IMG/VR virus record: IMGVR_UViG_3300045988_044618
Location: 1-39,864 of that record
Length of the DNA: 39,864 nt
Strand: one strand, 5' to 3'
From: a virus
The notes under the pieces were generated by a model. That model did not search any database. It was given only the letters and a program-made list of their open reading frames with translations, and had not been told where the DNA came from. Below, piece after piece: positions 1-7,229 of the stretch. Made by a program: the position numbers and the translations under genes. Each line of letters begins with the position of its first letter. Within the stretch, counting starts at the first letter, position 1.

Positions 1-200
1 GAGACCTGCGCATTGCCGAAGACCTGCGCATCGCCGGAGACCCACGCATTGCCGTCGTGGGAGAGGTTGTCTTCCTTCTCAATAAATCCGCCAAGTTCTC
101 CCTTCTCGACGTCGCAAAAAGCGACGAGAGCCTTAACGCGGAACAGCTTCTTCCCAAAAACGTTCGTTACAAATTCGGCGGTCAGTTCAAATTTCTTCAT
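1..200 (-). CDS. Hexapeptide (GNAxVx) repeat protein, 5' part; continues at 39401..39864 across the circular junction (202 aa total)
   Basis: ATG at 200 follows AAAGGAGG with a 9-nt spacer. Translation is MKKFELTAEFVTNVFGKKLFRVKALVAFCDVEKGELGGFIEKEDNLSHDGNAWVSGDAQVFGNAQVS. The frame is continuous with 39401..39864 once the 55-nt overlap is removed (145+464 nt = 203 codons). It is absent from the ORF track because it runs off the window edge. Confidence 0.8.
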   Translation of the reverse strand, partial: MKKFELTAEFVTNVFGKKLFRVKALVAFCDVEKGELGGFIEKEDNLSHDGNAWVSGDAQVFGNAQV

Positions 201-438
201 GGCTGGATTCCTCCTTTGGATACAGTCCGCACAGCAGATTCAACGCCAGCAGGGCGGCGATGGTGGTGGGGATGTTGAGAGAACCGAGCGCGGCCAGCAG
301 CAGCACAAGGTCTGCGGTGATTGCCAGCTTGACGGCGGCGCGTTTCAGTGATAGAATACAGTTAGAGCTTTTTGCGATGCTCTGTTTTTTTGCCGTTCCG
401 GTGGTGGTGCACCGGGGCGGCGTTTTTGTTTTGGTCAT
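187..438 (-). CDS. Small membrane protein (83 aa), early operon
   Basis: ATG at 438 follows AAGGAG. It has a basic N-terminus and two hydrophobic segments (LAITADLVLLLAALGSL, IPTTIAALLALNLLCGLY). Its end overlaps the next gene's start by 14 nt. Confidence 0.65.
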   Translation of the reverse strand: MTKTKTPPRCTTTGTAKKQSIAKSSNCILSLKRAAVKLAITADLVLLLAALGSLNIPTTIAALLALNLLCGLYPKEESSHEEI

Positions 439-442
439 GTGA

Positions 443-745
443 TCAGGCTCCTTTTAAAAAGTTGATCAATGCAGTCCGAAGGTTTTCAAACTCTGTAATG
501 TCGTCCTGTGAGACATTAGGCGTGACGGTGGATTTACGCACGTCCGCCACCGGGTAATACGTTGCAAATTCGTCAAGCGTGATGCCCAGTGCGGCGCATG
601 CTTTGCCAACCTCCGGCCAGCGCCAATCATTAGCGCCGTTGATGCGGTTTGACATCTGAGTGCTGGACAAGTCGCACGCGTCCGCAAGACGCTGTTTGTT
701 GTAGCCCTTGCTTTTGATAAGCGCTGTAAAAGAAAGGTTTGTCAT
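443..745 (-). CDS. XRE-family helix-turn-helix DNA-binding protein (100 aa)
   Basis: HTH motif KGYNKQRLADACDLSSTQMSNRINGAN. The SD is AAAGGAGG, embedded in the AACTAGAAAGGAG element. It is the second gene of the leftward early operon. Confidence 0.8.
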   Translation of the reverse strand: MTNLSFTALIKSKGYNKQRLADACDLSSTQMSNRINGANDWRWPEVGKACAALGITLDEFATYYPVADVRKSTVTPNVSQDDITEFENLRTALINFLKGA

Positions 746-763
746 GGTGGTTACTCCTCCTTT

Positions 764-958
764 CTAGTTATCGGTTAGCAAATAGTCAACCGGCACGCCG
801 AAATAGTCAGCCACTTTCTTTAGCGTCGTGATGCTGGGGCCGTAAGGCGATTTTTCCCACTTGCCAAGTGCGCCGTTTGAGATTCCGGCGCGTTCCTCAA
901 GGATTGTGCGGGAAATATTGTTTTTTCGGCACAACGCATCAATTTTCGAAATATTCAC
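764..958 (-). CDS. Cro-like XRE-family HTH regulator (64 aa, GVG start)
   Basis: HTH motif NNISRTILEERAGISNGALGKWEKSP. It is the first gene downstream of the leftward promoter and divergent from the CI-like gene. The start is GTG, preceded by AACTAGAAAGGAG. Confidence 0.8.
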   Translation of the reverse strand: MNISKIDALCRKNNISRTILEERAGISNGALGKWEKSPYGPSITTLKKVADYFGVPVDYLLTDN

Positions 959-979
959 CTAGCAAAAGCTCCTTTCTAG

Positions 980-1008
980 TTGACTATTACTAGAAAATAT
1001 GCTACTAT
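980..1008 (+). promoter_or_regulatory. Rightward sigma-70-type promoter in the genetic switch
   Basis: TTGACT (980-985), 17-nt spacer, TACTAT (1003-1008). The -35 lies inside the inverted repeat TTTCTAG(973-979)-N10-CTAGAAA(990-996). Confidence 0.55.
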
Positions 1009-1094
1009 GAACTTGCGAGATTTATAACAGCATATTTTTAGCTAGTCCGCTGAATTTTAGGGGGCTTGGTTCTTTGTTGCCCTCTATGCTATCT

Positions 1095-1123
1095 ATTATA
1101 CTAGCATTTATGCTAGATGTAAA
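1095..1123 (-). promoter_or_regulatory. Leftward early promoter (drives Cro-like operon)
   Basis: On the minus strand: TTTACA (1123-1118), 17-nt spacer, TATAAT (1100-1095). The spacer is the palindrome CTAGCATTTATGCTAG (1101-1116). Two TTTCTAGC direct repeats lie at 1128-1145. Confidence 0.65.
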
Positions 1124-1173
1124 TAGCTTTCTAGCATTTTCTAGCGAATTAGCAATATGCACAAAGAAACGGT

Positions 1174-1539
1174 GTGATTTGTGTGCGATACGTGGAAAAA
1201 GCCAAGAAAATAGCAAAGAAAAAAGGAATTGCCTTCACGCATATTAGTACAGAGCTTGGAAAAAGTCGTGGCTATTTGTCTGAAATGCTAGCAAACGGGC
1301 GCGATTTGCCAGAGCATATGCTAGCCGATGTTGCCAGTTTGCTAGGAGTCACCGTTGCCGACCTGACCGGGGATTTCAAAAACGAAAAAAAGCCCACCGC
1401 ACAAGGCGATGGGCTAATATCTGGTTTGCCGCAAGATGTACAAAAAATTATTTCTCTTTGCCAAGAGAACCCTCAGCTTGCAAGCGCTCTATTAAATCTT
1501 GCGCAGCAGTTACAAAATCGGTCATCTGATCAGGCGTAA
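1174..1539 (+). CDS. CI-like repressor, XRE-family HTH (about 115-121 aa; start codon uncertain)
   Basis: HTH motif GIAFTHISTELGKSRGYLSEMLANGRDLP. It lies on the plus strand, divergent from the Cro-like genes and next to the switch region. Possible GTG starts are at 1174, 1183 and 1192. Confidence 0.75.
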   Translation: MICVRYVEKAKKIAKKKGIAFTHISTELGKSRGYLSEMLANGRDLPEHMLADVASLLGVTVADLTGDFKNEKKPTAQGDGLISGLPQDVQKIISLCQENPQLASALLNLAQQLQNRSSDQA

Positions 1540-1614
1540 ATTCTGAAATAATTTTTATAAGTTTTTCTGTGTCTGTCATTGCTGATTCCTCCAATCAAAT
1601 AAGGTTGTGATACT

Positions 1615-2526
1615 ATGGGCTTTTTTGACTTTTTGAAGCCGAAACCAAAAGTAAATGTTTCCATAACTACACATGAGCCGACTAAAGATGAAATTGCAAA
1701 GCAATACACTAATTACTGCAAAGCGCAAGCAGAAAAGCGGCACGCAGAGCAGGAAGAGCGTGCAAATGAGTATTTCTTGGCGCTTTCCGCTGATGATCTT
1801 GCAGACAAAAACGGCCTGAAGCCAACAGAAATTTTAATGCTTTCTTATTTAGAGAAATATTCCAGTGGAAAGCCTGTTGCAAAGTTCTGGCATTATGATT
1901 ATGGTGTTGATGACGTTTGGCCTATAATCAAAAAATTGGAATCAATGGGTTTTTCCGAAAACGGGAAATTGACCGAAAAGGGAAAAGAAGAAATAAAAAA
2001 TAACGAATATGTTTATTTTTGGCACAGAAAAACTTACGCTCGTGCTACTTTTTCCTTGTCAGAGTTTTGCCGCGCCGTAAACGCTCGAAGAGACATCCCG
2101 TATCGGGATTTAATATGGGGAAAATACAATAAACTATATATGGAAGCAATTTCGTCTCCAAAAAAATGCCGTGATTTACGATATTCCATGTATGAGTTTT
2201 TGGCAGACGAAAAAAAGTTTAAAACGGCTTTTTCTATGCTACTTGAAATACCTTTTTATGATATGAACTGCCAATATCCTTTTATAGCTCCTGGTATTAT
2301 GCAGGAACTAAAGAAAGCCCAAAAAAAGGCCGGCTTTACTGAAGATCAAATTTTTGATATGGCAAAAGAAAGATACGGCAGGATGCTTGTTGAAAACCCA
2401 ACTGTTCCTGCGATAGATGCCGCTGGTATTGTAACATCCTACATTTTTGGAAAAGATGGTCTCGCTCAAAGAGTTTTGAAATCTTACAATATTGATTGCA
2501 CCCGGCTATTTTCTAGCAACCATTGA
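1615..2526 (+). CDS. Hypothetical protein (303 aa) in AT-rich island between repressor and integrase
   Basis: This is a long uninterrupted ORF on the lysogeny-module strand. It is visibly more AT-rich than the rest of the genome. I recognise no motif, and the SD is weak (AAGG). Confidence 0.6.
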   Translation: MGFFDFLKPKPKVNVSITTHEPTKDEIAKQYTNYCKAQAEKRHAEQEERANEYFLALSADDLADKNGLKPTEILMLSYLEKYSSGKPVAKFWHYDYGVDDVWPIIKKLESMGFSENGKLTEKGKEEIKNNEYVYFWHRKTYARATFSLSEFCRAVNARRDIPYRDLIWGKYNKLYMEAISSPKKCRDLRYSMYEFLADEKKFKTAFSMLLEIPFYDMNCQYPFIAPGIMQELKKAQKKAGFTEDQIFDMAKERYGRMLVENPTVPAIDAAGIVTSYIFGKDGLAQRVLKSYNIDCTRLFSSNH

Positions 2527-2583
2527 TTGTATTTTACACAACTCACAGTTGTATTTCAACACTTTCACAAAAATACTCGTTTG

Positions 2584-2664
2584 TCAAATCTTTATAATCC
2601 GCTTTTTCGGTCTTCTGCGCCGCCCGTGTCTTGGTGGAACATCCAAATCAGGCAGTTTCTTCAT
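2584..2664 (-). CDS. Possible very small basic ORF (26 aa, MKKLPDLDVPPRHGRRRRPKKRIIKI)
   Basis: ATG at 2664 follows GCAAGGAGGG. It overlaps the end of the 40-aa ORF upstream. It is below the ORF-track length cutoff. Confidence 0.25.
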   Translation of the reverse strand: MKKLPDLDVPPRHGRRRRPKKRIIKI

Positions 2665-2770
2665 GGTCTTCTTCCCTCCTTGCACGGTCTTGCAGCACAG
2701 CACGGTACAGGGCTTCAATGTTTGCCGCATTACGGTTTTGGTAATTCTTTAGACGTTCCACGTTATTCAT
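2648..2770 (-). CDS. Possible small ORF (40 aa, MNNVERLKNYQNRNAANIEALYRAVLQDRARREEDHEETA)
   Basis: ATG at 2770 follows a perfect AGGAGG with an 8-nt spacer. It is below the ORF-track cutoff. Confidence 0.35.
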   Translation of the reverse strand: MNNVERLKNYQNRNAANIEALYRAVLQDRARREEDHEETA

Positions 2771-2953
2771 TGTTGATTCCTCCTGTGTTTTCTGTCTACA
2801 GTAAGAATCTTAACATGTTTTTTATACCATAGCTTCCATTTATTTCCATAGCATTTTTTGAAGAAATATTTCTTTATATTTTCTTGATTGCTACGGTAGA
2901 AAAATTTTACCGCATTTGAAGTGCAAAACATGTAAAAAATTGAGGGTGATAAA

Positions 2954-3547
2954 ATGGAAAGTAGAGCTGATTTCCGAGAACGTGAAGGGCTTATTCTTTC
3001 GCAGTGCCGGTTGGAATCCGGGCTTTCGCAAGAATATGTAGCCCGGCAGATGGATGTGAACATCCGCACGGTGCGCAACTGGGAAGAAGGGCTTTCCCCT
3101 ATCCGAAACGATGACCTGTTGATGTGGTTCACCGTCTGCAAACAATCCCCATGGCGCTGGCTGCAGCGAATCTGGATGCCGTCTGCATTCAGCGATACCG
3201 ATACTCCAAACTGGACGGACGAGCAGGTAGACAAGGCACTTTCTGATTATATCGCTCAGATGCCGAGCGTGTACAAGCGAAGGCTGCTGTATATCCTTTG
3301 TGGGGCGCACGGGAGCGATTGGGCGGGCCAGATAGACTTATTGTGCGCTAACGCTCATACGTCCATGCAAAGCCGTGTACGCGTCTGCCAGGCCGTAATA
3401 CAGAACTACCGGATAGATACCGTAACTGGGGATGACCCATGCCAGGAAAGCATCAAGCCGGACTTTGACCGCCTGCAAATATGCCTGCAAGCCGGAGAAG
3501 CTGCCGTTCTGGCAGGCAATGGCGAATATAACGCAAGGGAAAAATAA
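2954..3547 (+). CDS. HTH (XRE-type) protein with unknown ~130-aa C-terminal domain (197 aa)
   Basis: N-terminal motif ESGLSQEYVARQMDVNIRTVRNWEEG. The SD is GAGGGTGA. It lies directly upstream of the integrase on the same strand. Confidence 0.75.
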   Translation: MESRADFREREGLILSQCRLESGLSQEYVARQMDVNIRTVRNWEEGLSPIRNDDLLMWFTVCKQSPWRWLQRIWMPSAFSDTDTPNWTDEQVDKALSDYIAQMPSVYKRRLLYILCGAHGSDWAGQIDLLCANAHTSMQSRVRVCQAVIQNYRIDTVTGDDPCQESIKPDFDRLQICLQAGEAAVLAGNGEYNAREK

Positions 3548-3647
3548 AAAATCCCCTGCCGGTGGTGCCACACCAGCAAGGGATAAAGGGCCGTCAACAT
3601 AAAAAGTTGACGGCATTATTATAACACACACACAAAGGAGCCGCAAT

Positions 3648-4733
3648 ATGAAAAGGACAAATACTGCAAAATGGATTGAAAGCGCCGGGCGTTGGCAAAT
3701 CAACGTGCAGAAGAACGGAGTGCGCAAGACGTTTACCAGCGCCAAGCCGGGCCGCACAGGCCAGAGGGAAGCTAACAAAAAAGCAGATGAATGGCTTGAC
3801 ATAGGCGTAAAGACGGAACGCATTAAGGTTTCTGACGCATGGGAACAGTTGTTACAGCAGAAAAAACTTGTGTCTGATGCAGAATACAAAAACATGGCAT
3901 CGTTTGGGCGCTCCCATTTGCTGCCAGCCATCGGGGTCAAGTCAGTAAAAGCCGTTACGGAACAGGATTTCCAAAAAATTATAGATTATGCGTTTCGCCA
4001 TCCACAGGGGAACAGCAAAGATCCCTTATCCAAAAAGACGTTACAGAACTATGCCAACTACTGCAAGCAATTTGTGAATTTTTGCCGAAAATCAAAATGG
4101 ACAACGCTTGAGCTTGAAGAGTTACAGATTCCGGCAGCGTCCAGAAAAAAGGGAAAGAACGTTCTGACAGTTGAAGCGCTGAACACACTATTAAAAGTAG
4201 ATACGACCATCATGCGCGGAAAATCTGTGCACGATGAATACATAAATTATTACAGGTTCCAAGTGCTAACAGGTATGCGCCCCGGTGAAATGCGGGGGCT
4301 GCGATGGGAAGACGTTGACGGGAATTTGTGCAGGTTGAAGCAGGCTATCAATGCGCACGGGCAAATCACGAAGGGAAAAAACGAAAACGCTTTGCGCACG
4401 GTCGTGCTATCCAGACGCGCAGTGGACGTGCTGGAAGCTCAGAAAGCCGTAACTGGAAAGCAGGAGTACATCTTCCCCATGGCATCCATGCACACCTACT
4501 ACCACCGCTGGCAGCGCTATCAGCGCTCTAATGACATGCCGGAGCTGAGTCTTTACGAACTGCGCCACACATTTGTTAGCATAGCAAAAGAGTTGCCAAC
4601 GGGCGAGTTAAAGCAGCTTGTCGGGCATAGCAAGGATATGGACACCTACGGCACATACTCTCATCACATCGCCGGAGACGACAAACGGACAGCGCAAAAT
4701 CTACAAGAAATCTTTGACAGACTGGTGGACTAA
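3648..4733 (+). CDS. int: Tyrosine recombinase / phage integrase (361 aa)
   Basis: Catalytic-domain motifs are present: GMRPGEMRGLRWEDV (Arg), LYELRHTFVS (H-x-x-R) and GHSKDMDTYGTYSHH (His/Tyr). The SD is AAAGGAG. attP-like repeats lie immediately downstream. Confidence 0.95.
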   Translation: MKRTNTAKWIESAGRWQINVQKNGVRKTFTSAKPGRTGQREANKKADEWLDIGVKTERIKVSDAWEQLLQQKKLVSDAEYKNMASFGRSHLLPAIGVKSVKAVTEQDFQKIIDYAFRHPQGNSKDPLSKKTLQNYANYCKQFVNFCRKSKWTTLELEELQIPAASRKKGKNVLTVEALNTLLKVDTTIMRGKSVHDEYINYYRFQVLTGMRPGEMRGLRWEDVDGNLCRLKQAINAHGQITKGKNENALRTVVLSRRAVDVLEAQKAVTGKQEYIFPMASMHTYYHRWQRYQRSNDMPELSLYELRHTFVSIAKELPTGELKQLVGHSKDMDTYGTYSHHIAGDDKRTAQNLQEIFDRLVD

Positions 4734-4756
4734 AAGTACACACTAAAAGTACACAC
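4731..4756 (+). repeat. Tandem 13-bp repeat TAAAAGTACACAC x2 (candidate integrase arm-type sites)
   Basis: Two exact adjacent copies start at the int stop codon. The core AGTACAC(A/G) recurs at 4929-4936 and 4941-4949. Confidence 0.6.
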
Positions 4757-4858
4757 TTTTTCTTTTAAATACATGAAATAATATAAAAAGCATGTGATGA
4801 AATAAAAAATATAGCAATATACCGCTATATTTTCAATCACTAAAAGCATAAAGCATAG

Positions 4859-4881
4859 TTCGAGTCCTGTCACCTCGACCA
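4859..4881 (+). other. attP core: 3' end of a tRNA gene (T-loop to CCA)
   Basis: TTCGAGTCCTGTCACCTCGACCA reads as T-loop, T-stem 3' strand, acceptor 3' strand, discriminator and CCA. The matching 5' T-stem is absent upstream, so only the 3' fragment is carried. This is typical of phages that integrate into tRNA genes. Confidence 0.65.
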
Positions 4882-4887
4882 CAACAA

Positions 4888-4927
4888 ATGCCGTAGATTA
4901 GTTTAAATCTACGGCATTTTCTTTTTC
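4888..4927 (+). terminator. Intrinsic terminator after the tRNA fragment
   Basis: An 11-bp stem ATGCCGTAGAT/ATCTACGGCAT is followed by TTTTCTTTTTC. Confidence 0.7.
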
Positions 4928-4928
4928 A

Positions 4929-4949
4929 AGTACACGTTTTAGTACACAC
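4929..4949 (+). repeat. Second pair of AGTACAC(G/A) arm-type-like repeats
   Basis: AGTACACG lies at 4929-4936 and AGTACACAC at 4941-4949. Both have the same orientation as the copies at 4735-4756 and flank the tRNA-derived core. Confidence 0.55.
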
Positions 4950-4953
4950 TTAC

Positions 4954-5091
4954 CTATTTTCTCTGCAAACTGTGTACCAAATCATTATACACATCCGGAC
5001 GTGCTTCTTTCAGCGCATCCATAAACTCATCCAGCACACGCCACACTCGCCCGGTATCGGCCTTTTTTACAATCTCCAAAAATTCACTCAT
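4954..5091 (-). CDS. Small protein (45 aa), paralogous to the C-terminus of the upstream 117-aa protein
   Basis: ATG at 5091 overlaps the upstream stop (ATGA). VWRVLDEFMDALKEARPDVYNDLVHSL resembles AALNVLDELMSALYVANPKVYNGVMRKL of 5084..5437. It is below the ORF-track cutoff. Confidence 0.55.
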   Translation of the reverse strand: MSEFLEIVKKADTGRVWRVLDEFMDALKEARPDVYNDLVHSLQRK

Positions 5092-5437
5092 CCTGTAAAC
5101 GCTCCAATTTCCGCATTACGCCATTATAAACTTTAGGGTTTGCTACATACAAGGCCGACATAAGCTCATCCAGCACGTTCAGCGCTGCTGCGATGTCTAC
5201 GTTTGACACAGCCCGTAAAAAGTCACTGCTGCCAACAGCAGCCCTTGCAGACGGCTCTGCCGCTTCGTAGTAGCGCACAGGCTCTTGCAGTTTTGCTTTC
5301 TGCGGAGAATGGGACGCATCTGCAAGACGCTGATTTTTCACAACATACAGCGCTGCCAAATTTTTAACTCTGGTCATGGTGAGTTCGCTGTTTTCGATTT
5401 CGGCTATAGCGCCGTCAATCTCTCGCACGTCAACCAT
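5084..5437 (-). CDS. Hypothetical protein (117 aa), accessory operon
   Basis: The SD is GTGAGGTG. The protein is predicted helical. It is tightly linked to 5455..5850. Confidence 0.7.
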   Translation of the reverse strand: MVDVREIDGAIAEIENSELTMTRVKNLAALYVVKNQRLADASHSPQKAKLQEPVRYYEAAEPSARAAVGSSDFLRAVSNVDIAAALNVLDELMSALYVANPKVYNGVMRKLERLQDE

Positions 5438-5454
5438 AGCCCTTACACCTCACT

Positions 5455-5850
5455 TTAACCGTTTCGCATCGTGTCAATGCAGCGCTGGATGACTTCCCTG
5501 TCTTTGCTGTCAGCCCCGCGCATAATATCTTCCATGCGGGAAATCAGTGAATCGCGCCCATCGTCCATGCTGTAGTGCCCGCGCACATAATGCGAACCGC
5601 GCCGCGCATAGCTGCTGCCGCGTCCATAATTGCCGCGCATATTGGCGCTCCAATCACCATCGCGGCTGTAATCCTCATCGCGGCTGTAACCGTCATCTTC
5701 CAGCATGACAATTTTGTCGATGTTTTTGATAGTGTCAGTCAGCTTGTGAACAGTTTCCAAGTCACCGGCAGACATTTCACCCTTCTTTCCGATTTCGTCC
5801 AGTTCTGCGCACAGCATGTCTTTCAAGTCATACAAAACTCTTTTACTCAT
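5455..5850 (-). CDS. Hypothetical protein (131 aa) with helical N-domain and Arg/Gly/Tyr/Ser/Asp-rich low-complexity centre
   Basis: The SD is AAAGGAG. The low-complexity centre reads DDGYSRDEDYSRDGDWSANMRGNYGRGSSYARRGSHYVRGHYS. Confidence 0.7.
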   Translation of the reverse strand: MSKRVLYDLKDMLCAELDEIGKKGEMSAGDLETVHKLTDTIKNIDKIVMLEDDGYSRDEDYSRDGDWSANMRGNYGRGSSYARRGSHYVRGHYSMDDGRDSLISRMEDIMRGADSKDREVIQRCIDTMRNG

Positions 5851-5862
5851 GATTTACTCCTT

Positions 5863-6285
5863 TCAGCTCACTCTCTCGACCACAAAGTTTGCGTTCGCAA
5901 ACAAAACGGTTTGTGTGCTTGTATTTTCGGCGGCAACGGTCAGGCAGCAGCCGCGCGGAACTTCAACAAAAGACGTCACATAGATATTAAAGAAGTTTTC
6001 TACTGCTGCCGGTGTCACGGTTGCAGTCGCACTGTTCAGCGGTTCACCGTTGATAGCAAGCGCCGCCGTGATAGCTTCCACTGTGCCGCCTGTAGGGATA
6101 GCAACGTTTGCACCGAAGCCCACTTTGAAACGCGCTTTGCACTGGTTCGTAATGCCGCGCAGCGTAACAATACCGGCGCCTTCTCTGTGTACGACACAGC
6201 CCTTGCCCGCTACTGCCGTTTCCGTCAACGGCACGTTCTGGCCTGCTGCCACGCTCACGGTATTGGCGTTTGTAAATTCAGCCAT
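5863..6285 (-). CDS. Beta-rich 140-aa protein, possibly a TNF/C1q-like (BclA C-terminal-domain-like) fold
   Basis: The SD is GAAAGGAA and there is no signal peptide. It has four Cys (GKGC, NQC, RGCC) and alternating beta-strand-like pattern. The fold assignment is from memory and is unverified. Confidence 0.7.
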   Translation of the reverse strand: MAEFTNANTVSVAAGQNVPLTETAVAGKGCVVHREGAGIVTLRGITNQCKARFKVGFGANVAIPTGGTVEAITAALAINGEPLNSATATVTPAAVENFFNIYVTSFVEVPRGCCLTVAAENTSTQTVLFANANFVVERVS

Positions 6286-6300
6286 AAAATCATTCCTTTC

Positions 6301-6335
6301 AAAAAAAGATAGTGGCGGGACGATTGCCCCGCCAC
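6301..6335 (-). terminator. Intrinsic terminator/attenuator inside the accessory operon
   Basis: On the minus strand: GTGGCGGG-GCAATCGT-CCCGCCAC followed by TATCTTTTTTT. It sits between the 258-aa and 140-aa genes. Confidence 0.6.
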
Positions 6336-6398
6336 ATTTTGCACTATCGGCACGGGGCCGAACATGTCAGATGTTCCGACAAGTTGCCGTATTCATTT

Positions 6399-7175
6399 TT
6401 AGCATCCGCAGCTGTTGCAGGCGCCGCAATTCCCATACTGATACGGTGCGGGAACAGGGAAAGCCGGAACAGGGCGGGGGTTGTAGTAAGCAAGCTGCCC
6501 GCTCATATAGGCTTTCAGCGTTTCATTCTGCGCGGCCTGACTTGCGGCAAGCTGTGCAGCGAAAAGCTGCTGGTTCTGCTCGGCAATCTTGGCATCTTTA
6601 GCCTCAATGCGCTGCGCCGTCAGTGCGTCAAGCACAGCGCGGGCGTTCGCGTTCTGGTTTTCGATGATGTCCCGAGTGCCGTTCTGAATGGTCTGGCGCG
6701 TGTCGCAAGCCTGCGTAGCGAGGTTGTAGTTTACGCCCTGGATAGCCTCGCGGGTCTCGCAGCAGCAATTCGCCTGCTGCATCTGCATGGCGTTGAGCTG
6801 CTGCATAAATGCCGCCTGCTGATTGGCGCGGCTGATTTCGGCGCTCATAAAGCCCTGCTGCATAGCGTTCTGCACACCGTTGACAAGCTGTGCCTGAGCA
6901 TAGAAGCCGTCACACAGACCGTTGTTCACGACGTCGATTTTGCGTTCGATGTTGGCAAAGTCGCTGGTGAGGATGTAACCATCGACAGCGCCAGCACCAT
7001 TACCGCCGCCAAAGCCGTTGTTGCCCCAGTTGCCGCCCCAGCCGCAGAAAACGAAGAGGAAGAGAATGATAATCCACCACGCACCATCGCCGCCAAAGCC
7101 CCAGCCGTTGCCATTGCCCGTATTCGCGGGCTGAACAGGCATTGTCATAACAGTGCCGTCCGAAGAAAGACTCAT
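6399..7175 (-). CDS. Gly/Asn/Gln-rich membrane-anchored protein with Cys-rich C-terminus (258 aa)
   Basis: The SD is AAAGGAG. The N-terminus is GNGNGWGFGGDGAWWIIILFLFVFCGWGGNWGNNGFGGGNG, a Gly-rich flanked TM segment. A long Q/N/A-rich region contains QQANCCCETRE. The C-terminus is YQYGNCGACNSCGC. Confidence 0.8.
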   Translation of the reverse strand: MSLSSDGTVMTMPVQPANTGNGNGWGFGGDGAWWIIILFLFVFCGWGGNWGNNGFGGGNGAGAVDGYILTSDFANIERKIDVVNNGLCDGFYAQAQLVNGVQNAMQQGFMSAEISRANQQAAFMQQLNAMQMQQANCCCETREAIQGVNYNLATQACDTRQTIQNGTRDIIENQNANARAVLDALTAQRIEAKDAKIAEQNQQLFAAQLAASQAAQNETLKAYMSGQLAYYNPRPVPAFPVPAPYQYGNCGACNSCGC

Positions 7176-7229
7176 GTTTAACTCCTTTCAAAAGTTGAAT
7201 GTATTGTTCACCGTGCGCACGGGTTGAAC

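Noticed and set aside
13-351. Plus-strand ORFs 13..351, 57..278, 260..442 and 372..557 at the window start
   Set aside because: They are antisense to SD-supported minus-strand genes (hexapeptide protein, 83-aa membrane protein, HTH). They have no SD sites and give low-complexity translations.
2767-3940. Minus-strand ORFs 2767..3234, 2891..3310 and 3338..3940 opposite the HTH and integrase genes
   Set aside because: They are shadow ORFs. The plus strand has clear HTH and tyrosine-recombinase motifs and good SD sites.
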